Part shown: positions 20,549 through 31,753 of the stretch, piece after piece
Numbering within the stretch: position 1 is the stretch's first letter
Layout: each line of letters begins with the position of its first letter
Source of the DNA: Promethearchaeota archaeon
GTDB taxonomy: Archaea; Asgardarchaeota; Lokiarchaeia; Sigyniarchaeales; SOKP01
Assembly: GCA_029838195.1 (NCBI GenBank)
Contig: JALGVJ010000028.1
Span: forward strand, 1-49,631
Reading direction: 5' to 3'
Length of the DNA stretch: 49,631 nucleotides
Notes under the pieces: generated by a model
Database searches by the model: none
What the model was told of the DNA's origin: nothing
What the model saw: the letters and a program-made list of their open reading frames with translations, nothing else
Made by a program: the position numbers and the translations under genes

Positions 20549-23500
20549 TTAGTTATCCTTGGTTGACGGAATAATGATCTTTTTCTTCTTGAATTTCTCT
20601 ATTTCAAGTAAAAGTCTTGTCAAGTCAATTTTACTCTCGTTTACCAGATATTCCAACAAGTCTACAATATAAAAATTTATTGAAGGGGGCCTCTTACTAA
20701 ATAAATATGTTAATTCAAAAATTTTTTTAAAAATTTTATTTTTTAAAATTAGCTCTTTTTTTAAATCCACATTAATAGAATGAGGTAAACAATAATTTAG
20801 ATAGAAATTTTCGTTTAAGAGATTCTCGATTTCATTTTCATTTAAAACACCTTGCTCCTCATGAAAGTTCTTAAATTGAGTACAAAAGTCTTTAAAAATG
20901 GTTAAAAAAGAGTCGGAAAAAGGGCCTTTCTCTCTCAATAGACCAATATTAAATGATTTGGTCCCGTAAATCATTAATGTTCCTATTTCAACTTCTAATA
21001 TTTGAATTGAATTAATTTTTTCTTTAAGTTCACGCTTCATTGCAATTAAATTCAAAATTTTTTTCATTGAACTATCGTGAATAGTATTAAAAATCTTGGA
21101 GTAAAGTATTTTATTTGTTTTAACGTCACTTATAAAAATAGTTTTTAATTTAGGCAAATCTTCTAATATAATTTGAAATTTTTTTAATTTTTGAATTTTT
21201 ATTTTATATTTAAATAAAATGTGTTTTTTTTGGAGTACGAATAAACTTATAATACTACCAAATATAAAATTTAATGAAGTAAAAATAGACAATAAAAACT
21301 CTGAATATTTAACAACTTTAATTTCTATATTTTTTAATATGAATTTTTTATAAAAATATCCGGGAATAACTTCCACATCAAAACTAAAATTTTTTGCATC
21401 AATGGGAAGAATAAAATGGAATACTGCAACTCCATTTTCACCCGTGAAAATGGTTTGGGAAACACTAAAGAATTTACCATTTATATATATTCTAGCAAAG
21501 AGTTCAGCATTACTTAGATTAAATCGTTCTATACCATTGTAATATTCCACTCGTAATGAAACCTTAAATTCTTCTCCAGCAATCGGATATTTTGGTTTAA
21601 TTATTTCAGAAATATTTACAGATAGCTTTTTATTGATGGATAAGTTAAAAACATAGGGTTTAATCTCATAATTTCTTAATGTTATGGAAACATTTATAAG
21701 ATACGTTCCAATTTTAAGGGCTGATGTTTTAATAGTTCCAATAAATAGATTATTAAATTCTTGATAAAACGTAATATTATTTTTTAGTCCGCCTTCAATT
21801 TCATTATTGGATATCCCTTGATAATATACGCTAACATCAAGAGTTTCATCTACCTCTGTAATTATCTCGTCATCAAAATCAGTATCCATTAGATAAAAAA
21901 CTAATATGAGATTTCCTCCTTCGAAACAATTATAATAATTATTAAGCCCTTTGGGATAAATTGGCCCGAGAGGATCATAAGTTCTTAAAATTATTATCAA
22001 GCTTTCATTACCATCAATAAAAAATTTAATTTGAGCTTCAGCAAAATCAAAATTAGGCGTTTTATTAATTTTAATTGTTAAATAATACTTAGCAGCATCT
22101 AATCCCTTTACACTAATATTTAAATAATAATAACCCGGCTGAGAACCGTTAAAAAGCGTCCAATTATGATTTCCAAAACCCCTTCCCCATATTGTACCAT
22201 TCTCATCAAATACCTGGATATCCGATGTATCAAGCCCTAATATGGGTTCATTAGTAATGCAATTATTAAAATAAAATTGAACCGTTTGATTACTATCGGC
22301 TCTTTTCAGATTTGATTCATAACTTAAAATTATGATAGATGAATTTGAAGCTCCCAGATCAATTTTCAACTCAAAATTTTGCGGTTTGTATCCAACTTTT
22401 CCAATAGAAAAATTTAGATAATGATATCCTGCTGAAACATCAACATTACTCGTGTTAACCTTTAAAGTATAATTTCCATTAGCATTTTCTATAAATTTAT
22501 AAACATATCCCTCGTGAACATGATTTTCTACTAAAAAGGCGCTATCAACGAGCTCTTGATTTTCAACAGAAGTATAATTAAATTCATACGTGATTTTCTC
22601 TCCTCTTCGAATGCTAAATTCCTTTCCAAAATCTTGTAATAAAGTTTCATTTTCATGAGCAATAATGGTGAAATTTTTCTCAATAAATGCAGCGGCTGAC
22701 GAATTAAACCAGAGTACTTGGACCCGAAACTCTAAATCCTCATTAATATTCGTGGTATTTGTTTCTGTAATGTTCCATTCCGAGAGAAAGAACTCCCTCC
22801 CGGAGGGATGCGTTATGTTGGTTGAGGTATGATTCAATCGATTCCCAAGTTTATCGGGATTGAAAATATACAGGGTAATGTTTTCTATATCATTGGGATT
22901 AGTATCTTCTAATATATTTTGGTTAAACGAAACATTAAATCGGACGTTATAAGAAAGACTTGAATTTGACGTGTAGATCCCATTTACATGTGGTTTAATT
23001 CCATCCAGTATAGAAAGAAGATTAGTAGAATTAGCTATTAGATACCAATTTGTACCATTTCCGGCCGGAAATACTCCAACTTCTTGAAATTTGTTATTTA
23101 CCTCTCTTATTACACATTGGGAGGTTTTATTTTCCGTTCCGTTCCATACTTCAATACTTTCTTTAATCCAATTAATCGGAATTGAAAAATTAAGGGAATA
23201 ACCCCCAAATGGAAATTGAAATTGGTTTATCTCTTGACTAATAGATACATTCCATCTAACAAACTTGTCATTATATTTTAATGTAAAATTTGAAGCCGCA
23301 TGTAAATTACTTTTGGTATAATTAATTTGAACCACCTGTATTTTACAAGTAACGCTCCACCAATTAGCTGTAATTTTAAATCTCAATAAATTATTAACCG
23401 GAATAAATTCTTTTTGGGAAATCCAATTTCCTGTTCCATTTTTACAATGATCGGGATTAAAAAGCGTATCATTTATTTTTAATCCAATGTCAATCGGATT

Positions 23501-24439
23501 TGCTGTATTATTCATGGGTAATAAATCAAGCACGCATCCAAAATCCAGAGTAGTATTAAAAATACCGGTCCCATTCTTAACAAGTTGCCAATTATTATAT
23601 GATGCATTATAAACAATTCCATCAGTTTCATCGATACCATCCGAATTTTTTCCCTCATCGGGCACGTATATCCATTCCAAATCCCCACCTTCCGTAGAAA
23701 CATCCATGACACCTATAAACCATGTATTATTATGCGTTTCTGAATTATCAAGGAAGGTTCTATTTTGAATTTTCCACCATCCTACAAAATTACTCTCAAT
23801 CGATGAAATATTCAATAATTTGTAGTAATAGTGATTATCCCCTTTAGGATAATTTTTTGATGTCTGTGGATCCCAAGTGGAATTATATAATACAATCTTG
23901 ATTTTTCCTGGCGCATTTTTTGTATTATTAATCCAGATCGAAACTTGTTCCAGATATCCATTACTTGCCATTTGGAAAGAAGTGGCTGTTGCGTTACTTG
24001 TTAAATTATAACTTGTAGTGGAAGAATAATTTTCTATTATTAATGATATATTCGAAGCATGAACTTGAGTAACCGTAATATTTGTAAAACTAGAATTGAA
24101 GTTAGCGTCTTTAGGGTGAGGAATCACAAAAGTATTATTACTGGGATCTGACGCGTTTAAATATTTGTTAAAAGAAGTATTATAGTAGGATTGATGTAAA
24201 GTAATATTTAAAATTCCCGTATTTTTCTCGATTTCGGAACTATAGGTTGTAGAAGAATGCAAGAGGTTATCTTGTTCAATTTTTTTAGGGTCTTCCCTTT
24301 TTTCTTGATTAATCATTTGAGTTGGATTTGTTAAATTCATCTCATGCTTAAATAAACTCAAATTAAGATTTAAAATCATCAAAATTAATAAAAAAATGAG
24401 AAAATGTTTTTTTTTTATGATGATCTTAAATCTTTTCAT
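20549..24439 (-). CDS. Large membrane-anchored surface glycoprotein with cytoplasmic C-terminal domain
   Basis: N-terminal signal/TM segment, beta-rich Asn-rich ectodomain with many N-x-S/T sequons, single TM (FLLSIFTSLNFIFGSIISLFVL), about 220-aa tail. Confidence 0.75.
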   Translation of the reverse strand: MKRFKIIIKKKHFLIFLLILMILNLNLSLFKHEMNLTNPTQMINQEKREDPKKIEQDNLLHSSTTYSSEIEKNTGILNITLHQSYYNTSFNKYLNASDPSNNTFVIPHPKDANFNSSFTNITVTQVHASNISLIIENYSSTTSYNLTSNATATSFQMASNGYLEQVSIWINNTKNAPGKIKIVLYNSTWDPQTSKNYPKGDNHYYYKLLNISSIESNFVGWWKIQNRTFLDNSETHNNTWFIGVMDVSTEGGDLEWIYVPDEGKNSDGIDETDGIVYNASYNNWQLVKNGTGIFNTTLDFGCVLDLLPMNNTANPIDIGLKINDTLFNPDHCKNGTGNWISQKEFIPVNNLLRFKITANWWSVTCKIQVVQINYTKSNLHAASNFTLKYNDKFVRWNVSISQEINQFQFPFGGYSLNFSIPINWIKESIEVWNGTENKTSQCVIREVNNKFQEVGVFPAGNGTNWYLIANSTNLLSILDGIKPHVNGIYTSNSSLSYNVRFNVSFNQNILEDTNPNDIENITLYIFNPDKLGNRLNHTSTNITHPSGREFFLSEWNITETNTTNINEDLEFRVQVLWFNSSAAAFIEKNFTIIAHENETLLQDFGKEFSIRRGEKITYEFNYTSVENQELVDSAFLVENHVHEGYVYKFIENANGNYTLKVNTSNVDVSAGYHYLNFSIGKVGYKPQNFELKIDLGASNSSIIILSYESNLKRADSNQTVQFYFNNCITNEPILGLDTSDIQVFDENGTIWGRGFGNHNWTLFNGSQPGYYYLNISVKGLDAAKYYLTIKINKTPNFDFAEAQIKFFIDGNESLIIILRTYDPLGPIYPKGLNNYYNCFEGGNLILVFYLMDTDFDDEIITEVDETLDVSVYYQGISNNEIEGGLKNNITFYQEFNNLFIGTIKTSALKIGTYLINVSITLRNYEIKPYVFNLSINKKLSVNISEIIKPKYPIAGEEFKVSLRVEYYNGIERFNLSNAELFARIYINGKFFSVSQTIFTGENGVAVFHFILPIDAKNFSFDVEVIPGYFYKKFILKNIEIKVVKYSEFLLSIFTSLNFIFGSIISLFVLQKKHILFKYKIKIQKLKKFQIILEDLPKLKTIFISDVKTNKILYSKIFNTIHDSSMKKILNLIAMKRELKEKINSIQILEVEIGTLMIYGTKSFNIGLLREKGPFSDSFLTIFKDFCTQFKNFHEEQGVLNENEIENLLNENFYLNYCLPHSINVDLKKELILKNKIFKKIFELTYLFSKRPPSINFYIVDLLEYLVNESKIDLTRLLLEIEKFKKKKIIIPSTKDN

Positions 24440-24663
24440 TACAATGATTATTTATTTATGTATTAAATTATCAATATATTATTTTTGTTAATGGTATAGA
24501 GATTTAAATTTTTTCCATGCTCCTTTTCTTATTTATATCAAAAAATTCATGTAAGCATTCCTTTTTATTGAATATTTTCTAATAGCATTCGAAAATATTT
24601 TAAAAGAAAATCGGTTAACCATTATGTAAAAAGTTAAAAATAGATTTTATAAAATACGAATAA

Positions 24664-25365
24664 TTACTCGTTATTCTCTCGTTTTTTCAAAATGATTCTT
24701 GCATCCACGCAAACCAAACCTTTATCATAAATGAATACCGGATTCAAGTCCATTTCGTGAATTTCTTCATTTTTCACTACGAGATCTGAAATCTTTAATA
24801 AAACATCCACGATTGCGTCTATATCTGCCTTAGGCTTTCCCCTATATCCATCTAATATCGGAAACCCTTTGATCTCATGAATCATTTCACGCGCATCATA
24901 TTCCGTAATAGGCGCAATCCTAAAACTTACATCTTCTAATAATTCTACTAAGATTCCACCTATCCCGAACATGAGAGCTGGGCCAAACTGTTGATCCGTC
25001 GTCATTCCGATGATCAATTCAGTTATTGGCTCTTTTGCCATCTTTTGAACAGAAATTTTCTTTTCAACTTTAGAAGGAATCGCCATTAATTCATCATAAG
25101 CTCGTGCTACTTCTTCCTTGCTTTTAAGATTCAATTTAACTGCTCCCGTGTCAGATTTATGCACGATATCTTCCGCCATTAACTTGAGTACTAATGGATA
25201 TCCAATGTCTTCTGCCGCGTCAAGGGTCTCTTCTTTCGATACCGTCAATTTTTGAGGCGGAATCGGAATTCCAATCTCTTTTAGTAATTCCTTCGATTCA
25301 TATTCCGTTAATACTAACTCATTTGAGTTGATTTTCTGCTTAATAAATTCCGTAATATTCATCAT
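24664..25365 (-). CDS. acdB: ADP-forming acyl-CoA synthetase beta subunit (ATP-grasp)
   Basis: LTEYESK, GYPLVLK, HKSDTGAV, FGPALMFGIGG, EMDLNP, VDARI. Confidence 0.9.
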   Translation of the reverse strand: MMNITEFIKQKINSNELVLTEYESKELLKEIGIPIPPQKLTVSKEETLDAAEDIGYPLVLKLMAEDIVHKSDTGAVKLNLKSKEEVARAYDELMAIPSKVEKKISVQKMAKEPITELIIGMTTDQQFGPALMFGIGGILVELLEDVSFRIAPITEYDAREMIHEIKGFPILDGYRGKPKADIDAIVDVLLKISDLVVKNEEIHEMDLNPVFIYDKGLVCVDARIILKKRENNE

Positions 25366-25659
25366 TTCAACACTCTAATCGAAATAATCCCATTTATTTG
25401 ATGGTAAATATTTAATAAAATCTTAATAAAAATATAAAATTATTGAAATCAATTTTTTCTCCTCATGAATAATGAAAAATATTTAACCAATCATTCTCGA
25501 TTTTTTTTCTTGCCAAAATCTTCAAGAATAAGAATGACTATTTATTACATCCTCCAATCATAGCAATTCTTGCCTCAATATAAAACAAAATAAAAATAAA
25601 ATAAAAAAAAGGAAAAAAAAAGCACGATTAATAAAAATTTATAGATAATTTTCAAGAAT

Positions 25660-28506
25660 TCATGCTATCCAATTTGGAGTCTTTCTAAGCTTTCTCCTTT
25701 TTAAATACTTCCGAAACTCTTCCGCAGGAACGATAAACACGCTTCCGAGAAATATCGCCACCCAATGATACCATCTATCCATAGGAACAACATGAAATGC
25801 TATGCCTAATGGTGTAAACAAGATTAATAAATGCAATGTAAAAGAAATCCCCGTAGCCCAAAATAAATGCTTATTTTTGAATAAATAGACGGGCTGGTAC
25901 TCGGATGTGCAAGAAAAAACAAAAAAAAGTTCAAAAAATACGACATTGGTGAAAATAATCGATTGCACAACAGCGATTTGGTATTCTTCAGCTGTAAATC
26001 TCATTCCAAAAATCTCTGTTCCATGGATTAAGCGTGGATCGATAATAATCCAAGCAGGAATCAAATATCTCCAACAAATTACATATAATCCCACGTCCGT
26101 TATTGCAGCAAACACGGCAGCAAAAATAATCGCATTTTTAATATCAGATATCATGTTAAACCCTTTACGTGGCTTGAATTTCATGACATTAGGATCTGTC
26201 GGAGTTAAACCGAGAACCATTGCGGGAATGCCATCCGTGGCGATATTAAGCCAGAGAATCTGAATTGGTTCCAATGGCTGAGCGAGATAAATAGACACAA
26301 ATACCTTCATCAAAATCCAAGCGGTAAAGATCATGAAGATCTCATCAAAATTGCAACTTAACATGTATCGAAAAAAGCTTTTAGTGGTTTCAAAAATACC
26401 CCGTCCTTCCTCAATCGCATTGACGATAGTAGCATAATTATCGTCAAGTAGGATCATGTCCGCGGCTTCTTGGGTAACCTCCGTCCCTTTTTGCCCCATG
26501 GCGACACCCACATTGGCAGCCTTCACGGCAGGTGCGTCATTTACTCCATCCCCGGTCATGCTAACGATATTTCCATTCGTTTTCAATATTTTAAGAATCC
26601 TAAATTTATGATCGGACGTAACGCGAGCGAAAACATCTACGTGTTCAACCTCATTCGCTAATTCTTCATCAGACATATTCTCTAATTCTGAACCCGTAAG
26701 TGCACTATCATTTTGCGTTAACCCTATTTGTTTAGCAATTGCTAATGCTGTAATCTTATGATCTCCTGTTATCATTATCGTTCTAATACCCGCATTTCTA
26801 GCTTCTTCAATAGATTTTTTTACTTCATTCCTAGGAGGATCAATGATACCAACTAAGCCGAGGTAAATAAAATTTTTTTCAATTTCTTCGAGATCATATC
26901 CTTCATTTAATGGTTTATAAGCAATTCCTAATACCCTTAGCGCATTTCTGGCAAAATATTCATTTTGCTCAATGACAAGAGATTTATATTGCTCAATCGG
27001 AATCTCTTTTCCATTTATGATCCCCGCACGAGCTTTATTTAATAACACATCAGGTGCGCCCTTGATTAAAGCATAATGCTTCCCATTAAATTTAACCACC
27101 ACGGACATCATTTTTCTATCAGAATTGAAAGGAATCTCATCGAGTTTTTCAGCTGTATCTTCAATATTCATTTTCATCGCCACTACTTTCAATGAAATTT
27201 CCGTAGGATCTCCTATCACTTCAGTTTCTCCTGTTTCTTGATCAATGATATTAACGCTCGAATTATTGCACGAATTACACACGTGCAGGAATAGATTCAT
27301 CACGTCGTCAATTTCAACGGGATTTTTGTTTTCATCAATAATCTTTCCTTTAATCCTATATCCCACTCCTTCAACGTCATATACCTTGCCATTGACAAAT
27401 ATTTTAATTGCCGTCATTTCATTTTTCGTTAAAGTTCCCGTTTTATCTGAACAAATAATATTTACCCGTCCTAAGGTTTCTACCGCTGTAAGTGTCTTGA
27501 CTAAAGCATTTTTCTCTGCCATTTTTCGCATGCCAATGCTCATGACCACCGTGATTACGACAACTAACCCTTCTGGAACTGCAGAAACGGCTAAACTTAT
27601 AGCAACCGTGAGAGCATTAATAATGTCATTAATAATTTTTGCTTGTGAAGATTCTCCTTTTGACACTAAGATAATTACCATTTCAGCAACAAAAATTAAG
27701 GCACAAACCAACATAATCATCTTTCCAAGAAACTTTCCAAAGCGATCGACTTCTTGCTGAAAAGGACTGGGCTCCGGCTCTTCTTCTTGAATTTTTTCTG
27801 CTATTTTACCAATTTCCGTTTTCATTCCTGTAGATATAACAATTGCTTCTCCATTACCTCTCGTAATATTCGTGCCACTATATACCATGTTTTTTCTATC
27901 GGCTAAGATAGTGTTTTCGTCCACCAAATCAATGGTTTTATGAACAGGTTGAGACTCTCCCGTTAAAATTGCCTCATCAGCATATAAAGAAAAGGCTTTA
28001 AATAATCTTGCATCCGCCGGAATCTTTTCTCCCTGTACCAAATGCAAAATGTCGCCAGGAACAACCTCTTTTACCTCGATTTCCTTTTCTTTTCCGTCTC
28101 TTTTTACTCTTGCTTTATGGGGTGCTATTTTTTTTAAACTTTCTAAGGATTTTTCTGCTTTGTATTCTTGATAAAAACCAAGAATTGCATTCACCACTAA
28201 GATTATGAAAATCACTAAAGCATCCAAAAATTCTGATGCTTCTTCTCCTCTAAGCAATTGATAGTATCCAACGATTAAAGAAATAGCAATGGCAAAAAAT
28301 AACAAGTAGACCAAGAAATCTTTAAATTGATTCAATAAGATTTGAAAGGCAGAAATCTTCTTTGTTTGAATTAACTCATTTGATCCGTATTTTTCTAATC
28401 GTTTTTTCGCCTCCTCTTCGGATAGCCCTTTTTCAATGGATACATTTAAAGCTTTAGAAATTTCTTCAATGGTTAAACAATGAGCAGCTAATTTTTTCTC
28501 CAACAT
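25660..28506 (-). CDS. P-type IIA (Ca2+-type) cation-transporting ATPase, copy A
   Basis: TGES, PEGL, DKTGT, KGAPD, TGDGVNDAP, NIATDG. Confidence 0.93.
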   Translation of the reverse strand: MLEKKLAAHCLTIEEISKALNVSIEKGLSEEEAKKRLEKYGSNELIQTKKISAFQILLNQFKDFLVYLLFFAIAISLIVGYYQLLRGEEASEFLDALVIFIILVVNAILGFYQEYKAEKSLESLKKIAPHKARVKRDGKEKEIEVKEVVPGDILHLVQGEKIPADARLFKAFSLYADEAILTGESQPVHKTIDLVDENTILADRKNMVYSGTNITRGNGEAIVISTGMKTEIGKIAEKIQEEEPEPSPFQQEVDRFGKFLGKMIMLVCALIFVAEMVIILVSKGESSQAKIINDIINALTVAISLAVSAVPEGLVVVITVVMSIGMRKMAEKNALVKTLTAVETLGRVNIICSDKTGTLTKNEMTAIKIFVNGKVYDVEGVGYRIKGKIIDENKNPVEIDDVMNLFLHVCNSCNNSSVNIIDQETGETEVIGDPTEISLKVVAMKMNIEDTAEKLDEIPFNSDRKMMSVVVKFNGKHYALIKGAPDVLLNKARAGIINGKEIPIEQYKSLVIEQNEYFARNALRVLGIAYKPLNEGYDLEEIEKNFIYLGLVGIIDPPRNEVKKSIEEARNAGIRTIMITGDHKITALAIAKQIGLTQNDSALTGSELENMSDEELANEVEHVDVFARVTSDHKFRILKILKTNGNIVSMTGDGVNDAPAVKAANVGVAMGQKGTEVTQEAADMILLDDNYATIVNAIEEGRGIFETTKSFFRYMLSCNFDEIFMIFTAWILMKVFVSIYLAQPLEPIQILWLNIATDGIPAMVLGLTPTDPNVMKFKPRKGFNMISDIKNAIIFAAVFAAITDVGLYVICWRYLIPAWIIIDPRLIHGTEIFGMRFTAEEYQIAVVQSIIFTNVVFFELFFVFSCTSEYQPVYLFKNKHLFWATGISFTLHLLILFTPLGIAFHVVPMDRWYHWVAIFLGSVFIVPAEEFRKYLKRRKLRKTPNWIA
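26432..26832. repeat. About 400-bp near-identical tract shared by the two ATPase genes (partner 29566-29966)
   Basis: By-eye alignment at offset 3134 shows about 10 substitutions in about 400 bp. Confidence 0.85.
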
Positions 28507-28802
28507 TATGCAATCTCCTATAGAACTTCCTTCTCTTGAGACAATCTATATAGTTATTTTATTCTGTAGAATGTATCATAATATTTGAGTAAAAAAATTT
28601 CTCTTAATTATTAAAGTTCATTAAAATGTTTTAGATTTTTCTCTTTAGTTTTCAATGATAACTCAAAATTTATAAAAAAATGGAAATTAAATACGATTTC
28701 CTAATAAAAAGTCTAATTTTCCAAAAAAAGAAAGATAAAATGCCGTCTAATTTTATTTCTTCCAATCATTACCTTAAAAATTAAAAAAATCGGGACACGA
28801 AG

Positions 28803-31637
28803 CTAAATATTTTTTTTTTCACGTTTACGACGAATAATGAACTTTCTTAGCTCATCACCAGGTATAATCCAAATTGAACCAAGGAATATTGCCAACCAGT
28901 GAAATCCCCGATCCATAGGAACCGCATGAAATGCATATCCAAGAGGGGTAAATAGAATTATTATGTGAATCGAAAAAGATAAAGCTACAGCCCAAATTAA
29001 ATGCTTATTCGGAAATAGCCACATGGGTTTATTTTCAGAGGTGCATGAGAATACAAAGAATAGTTCGAAAAACACCACGTTGGTAAAAATAATTGTCTGC
29101 ACGACTGCTTTTTGATATTCCTCTGCTGTATAAAAAATACCAAATATTTCGGTTCCCTGTAGTAATCTGGAATCTATCGTGCTCCAGGCAGGAATCAAAT
29201 ATCTCCAACAAATCACGTACAGTGCCACGTCCGTTATTGCAGCAAACACGGCAGCAAAAATAATTGCATTTTTAATATCAGATATCATGTTAAACCCTTT
29301 ACGAGGCTTGAGTTTCATTACATCCGGATCTGTTGGAGTTAAACCGAGGACCATTGCGGGAATGCCATCCGTGGCGATATTAAGCCAAAGGATTTGAATA
29401 GGTTCTAAAGGTTGGGCAAGATATACGTTAGAAAAAATTTTCATCAAAATCCAAGCCGAAAGAATCAAGATAATTTCGTCAAAATTGGCACTCAACATGT
29501 AGCGGAAGAAATTCTTGGTCGTTTCAAAGATTCCTCTCCCTTCTTCAATAGCATTCACGATGGTCGCATAATTATCGTCAAGTAGGATCATGTCCGCGGC
29601 TTCTTGGGTAACCTCCGTCCCTTTTTGCCCCATGGCGACACCCACATTGGCAGCCTTCACGGCAGGTGCGTCATTGACTCCATCCCCCGTCATGCTAACG
29701 ATATTTCCATTCGTTTTCAATATTTTAAGAATCCTAAATTTATGATCGGACGTAACGCGAGCAAAAACATCCACGTGTTCAATCTCATTCGCTAATTCTT
29801 CATCAGACATGTTCTCTAATTCTGAACCCGTAAGTGCACTATCATTTTGCGTTAACCCTATTTGTTTAGCAATTGCCAATGCTGTAATCTTATGATCTCC
29901 TGTTATCATAATCGTTCTAATTCCCGCATTTCTAGCTTCTTCAATAGATTTTATTACTTCATTCCTGGGTGGATCAATGATTCCAACCAATCCAAGAAAA
30001 ACAAAGTCTTTTTCCATATCATCTTTAGTGAAATTCTCGTTAAGAGGTTTATAAGCTAAACCAAGTACTCGTAGAGCTTGATGAGCAAATTCTTCATTCT
30101 TTTTTAAAATTTTTTCTTTTACCTCGTGAATGGGTTTTTCTTCTCCATTCCAGAGGCCCTTGGCAGTATAGTTCATCAATATATCGGGAGCTCCTTTAAT
30201 AAACGAATAAAGTTCCCCATCGACACGGACTGCCACGGACATTCTTTTTCTATCCGAATTAAACGGAATCTCATCCAATTTTTCCACCTGCGAATTAATA
30301 TTCATTTTCATCGCAAGGATTTTCAAACAAATTTCCGTTGGGTCTCCTATTACATCCGTATTTTTTCCATCTTCTTTTACGTTTATACTAGCATTATTAC
30401 AATACTTAGCTACTTGTAGGAATTTTTTCAAATAAGGGGTCATTTCAACCGGTTTCCCCGTTGCATTCACAATTTTGCCTTCAATGTTATATCCTACTCC
30501 TTCTACATCATATTCTTTCCCATCAATATATATTTTTACCACGGTCATTTCGTTTCGAGTTAAGGTTCCTGTTTTATCCGAACAAATGATGTTTATCCTT
30601 CCTAATGTCTCTACTGCGGTGAGTGTTTTCACTAAAGCATTCCTTTCGGCCATTTTCCGCATCCCAAGGCTCATTACAACCGTTATAACAACGACTAAGC
30701 CTTCGGGCACTGCTGAAACGGCCAGACTTATAGAAATCGTAAGCGCATTTATTATTTCCTCTATTTCTTCATTGCTAAATGCCAGTCCTTCAGTAGCAAT
30801 GATAATCAAAAATTCTATTATAAAAATGGCAAAACAAATAATAATGATGATTTTTCCCAAGAGTTTTCCAAATCGTTCAATTTCTATTTGAAATGGACTT
30901 GGTTCCGGCTCTACTTCTTGAATTTTTTCTGCTATCTTACCTATTTCCGTATTCATGCCTGTCTGAACAACCACGGCACTACCATTACCTCTGGTAATAA
31001 TAGTATTACTATACACCATGTTTTTTCTATCTGCTAAAAGAGTTTTTTCTTTCAATTCAGCTGGTTTTTTCAGAACGGGCTCGGATTCTCCGGTGAGAAT
31101 TGCTTCATCTACATATAGAGAGTATGAATTTATAAGTCGGGCATCGGCCGGAATTTTGTCTCCTTCTTCTAGAATGAGAATATCTCCCGGAACCACATGT
31201 TTTACCTCGATTTCTTTGATTTTTTCATCTCGTTTTACTTTAGCATTGCGAGGTGCCATTTTTTTTAAGCTTTCTAGAGATTTTTCCGCTTTGTATTCTT
31301 GATAAAATCCCAGAATTGCGTTAATTAATAAAATTATGAAAATTACTAGGGCATCCAAGAATTCTGAAGCCGGGTTTCCTAAAGAGAGTTCATAGATTCC
31401 CACAATGATTGAAATTACTATAGCGAAGAGCAATAAATAGACTAAGAAATCCTTAAATTGATTAATAAATATTTGCCATGCCGTAATTCTCTTTCTTTGT
31501 ACTAACTCATTCAATCCATATTGTTCCAATCGCTTGCGAGCTTCTTCTTCAGTTAATCCTTGTTCAATGGAAGTGTTCAATCGCTTTTCAATGTCCTCAA
31601 TTTTTAAAGCATGAGCATTTACTAAATCGTCTTTCAT
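28803..31637 (-). CDS. P-type IIA (Ca2+-type) cation-transporting ATPase, copy B
   Basis: Same motif set as copy A; tandem paralogue. Confidence 0.93.
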   Translation of the reverse strand: MKDDLVNAHALKIEDIEKRLNTSIEQGLTEEEARKRLEQYGLNELVQRKRITAWQIFINQFKDFLVYLLLFAIVISIIVGIYELSLGNPASEFLDALVIFIILLINAILGFYQEYKAEKSLESLKKMAPRNAKVKRDEKIKEIEVKHVVPGDILILEEGDKIPADARLINSYSLYVDEAILTGESEPVLKKPAELKEKTLLADRKNMVYSNTIITRGNGSAVVVQTGMNTEIGKIAEKIQEVEPEPSPFQIEIERFGKLLGKIIIIICFAIFIIEFLIIIATEGLAFSNEEIEEIINALTISISLAVSAVPEGLVVVITVVMSLGMRKMAERNALVKTLTAVETLGRINIICSDKTGTLTRNEMTVVKIYIDGKEYDVEGVGYNIEGKIVNATGKPVEMTPYLKKFLQVAKYCNNASINVKEDGKNTDVIGDPTEICLKILAMKMNINSQVEKLDEIPFNSDRKRMSVAVRVDGELYSFIKGAPDILMNYTAKGLWNGEEKPIHEVKEKILKKNEEFAHQALRVLGLAYKPLNENFTKDDMEKDFVFLGLVGIIDPPRNEVIKSIEEARNAGIRTIMITGDHKITALAIAKQIGLTQNDSALTGSELENMSDEELANEIEHVDVFARVTSDHKFRILKILKTNGNIVSMTGDGVNDAPAVKAANVGVAMGQKGTEVTQEAADMILLDDNYATIVNAIEEGRGIFETTKNFFRYMLSANFDEIILILSAWILMKIFSNVYLAQPLEPIQILWLNIATDGIPAMVLGLTPTDPDVMKLKPRKGFNMISDIKNAIIFAAVFAAITDVALYVICWRYLIPAWSTIDSRLLQGTEIFGIFYTAEEYQKAVVQTIIFTNVVFFELFFVFSCTSENKPMWLFPNKHLIWAVALSFSIHIIILFTPLGYAFHAVPMDRGFHWLAIFLGSIWIIPGDELRKFIIRRKREKKNI

Positions 31638-31753
31638 GGTTTTTTATTAGGTTCATTTAGTTTATAATAATATATTAATTATTTTAATTAATAATGAGTA
31701 TTATAGTTTATATATCTGAATCCCTTCCTTTAAAGGATTTTTAGGTGAATCTC

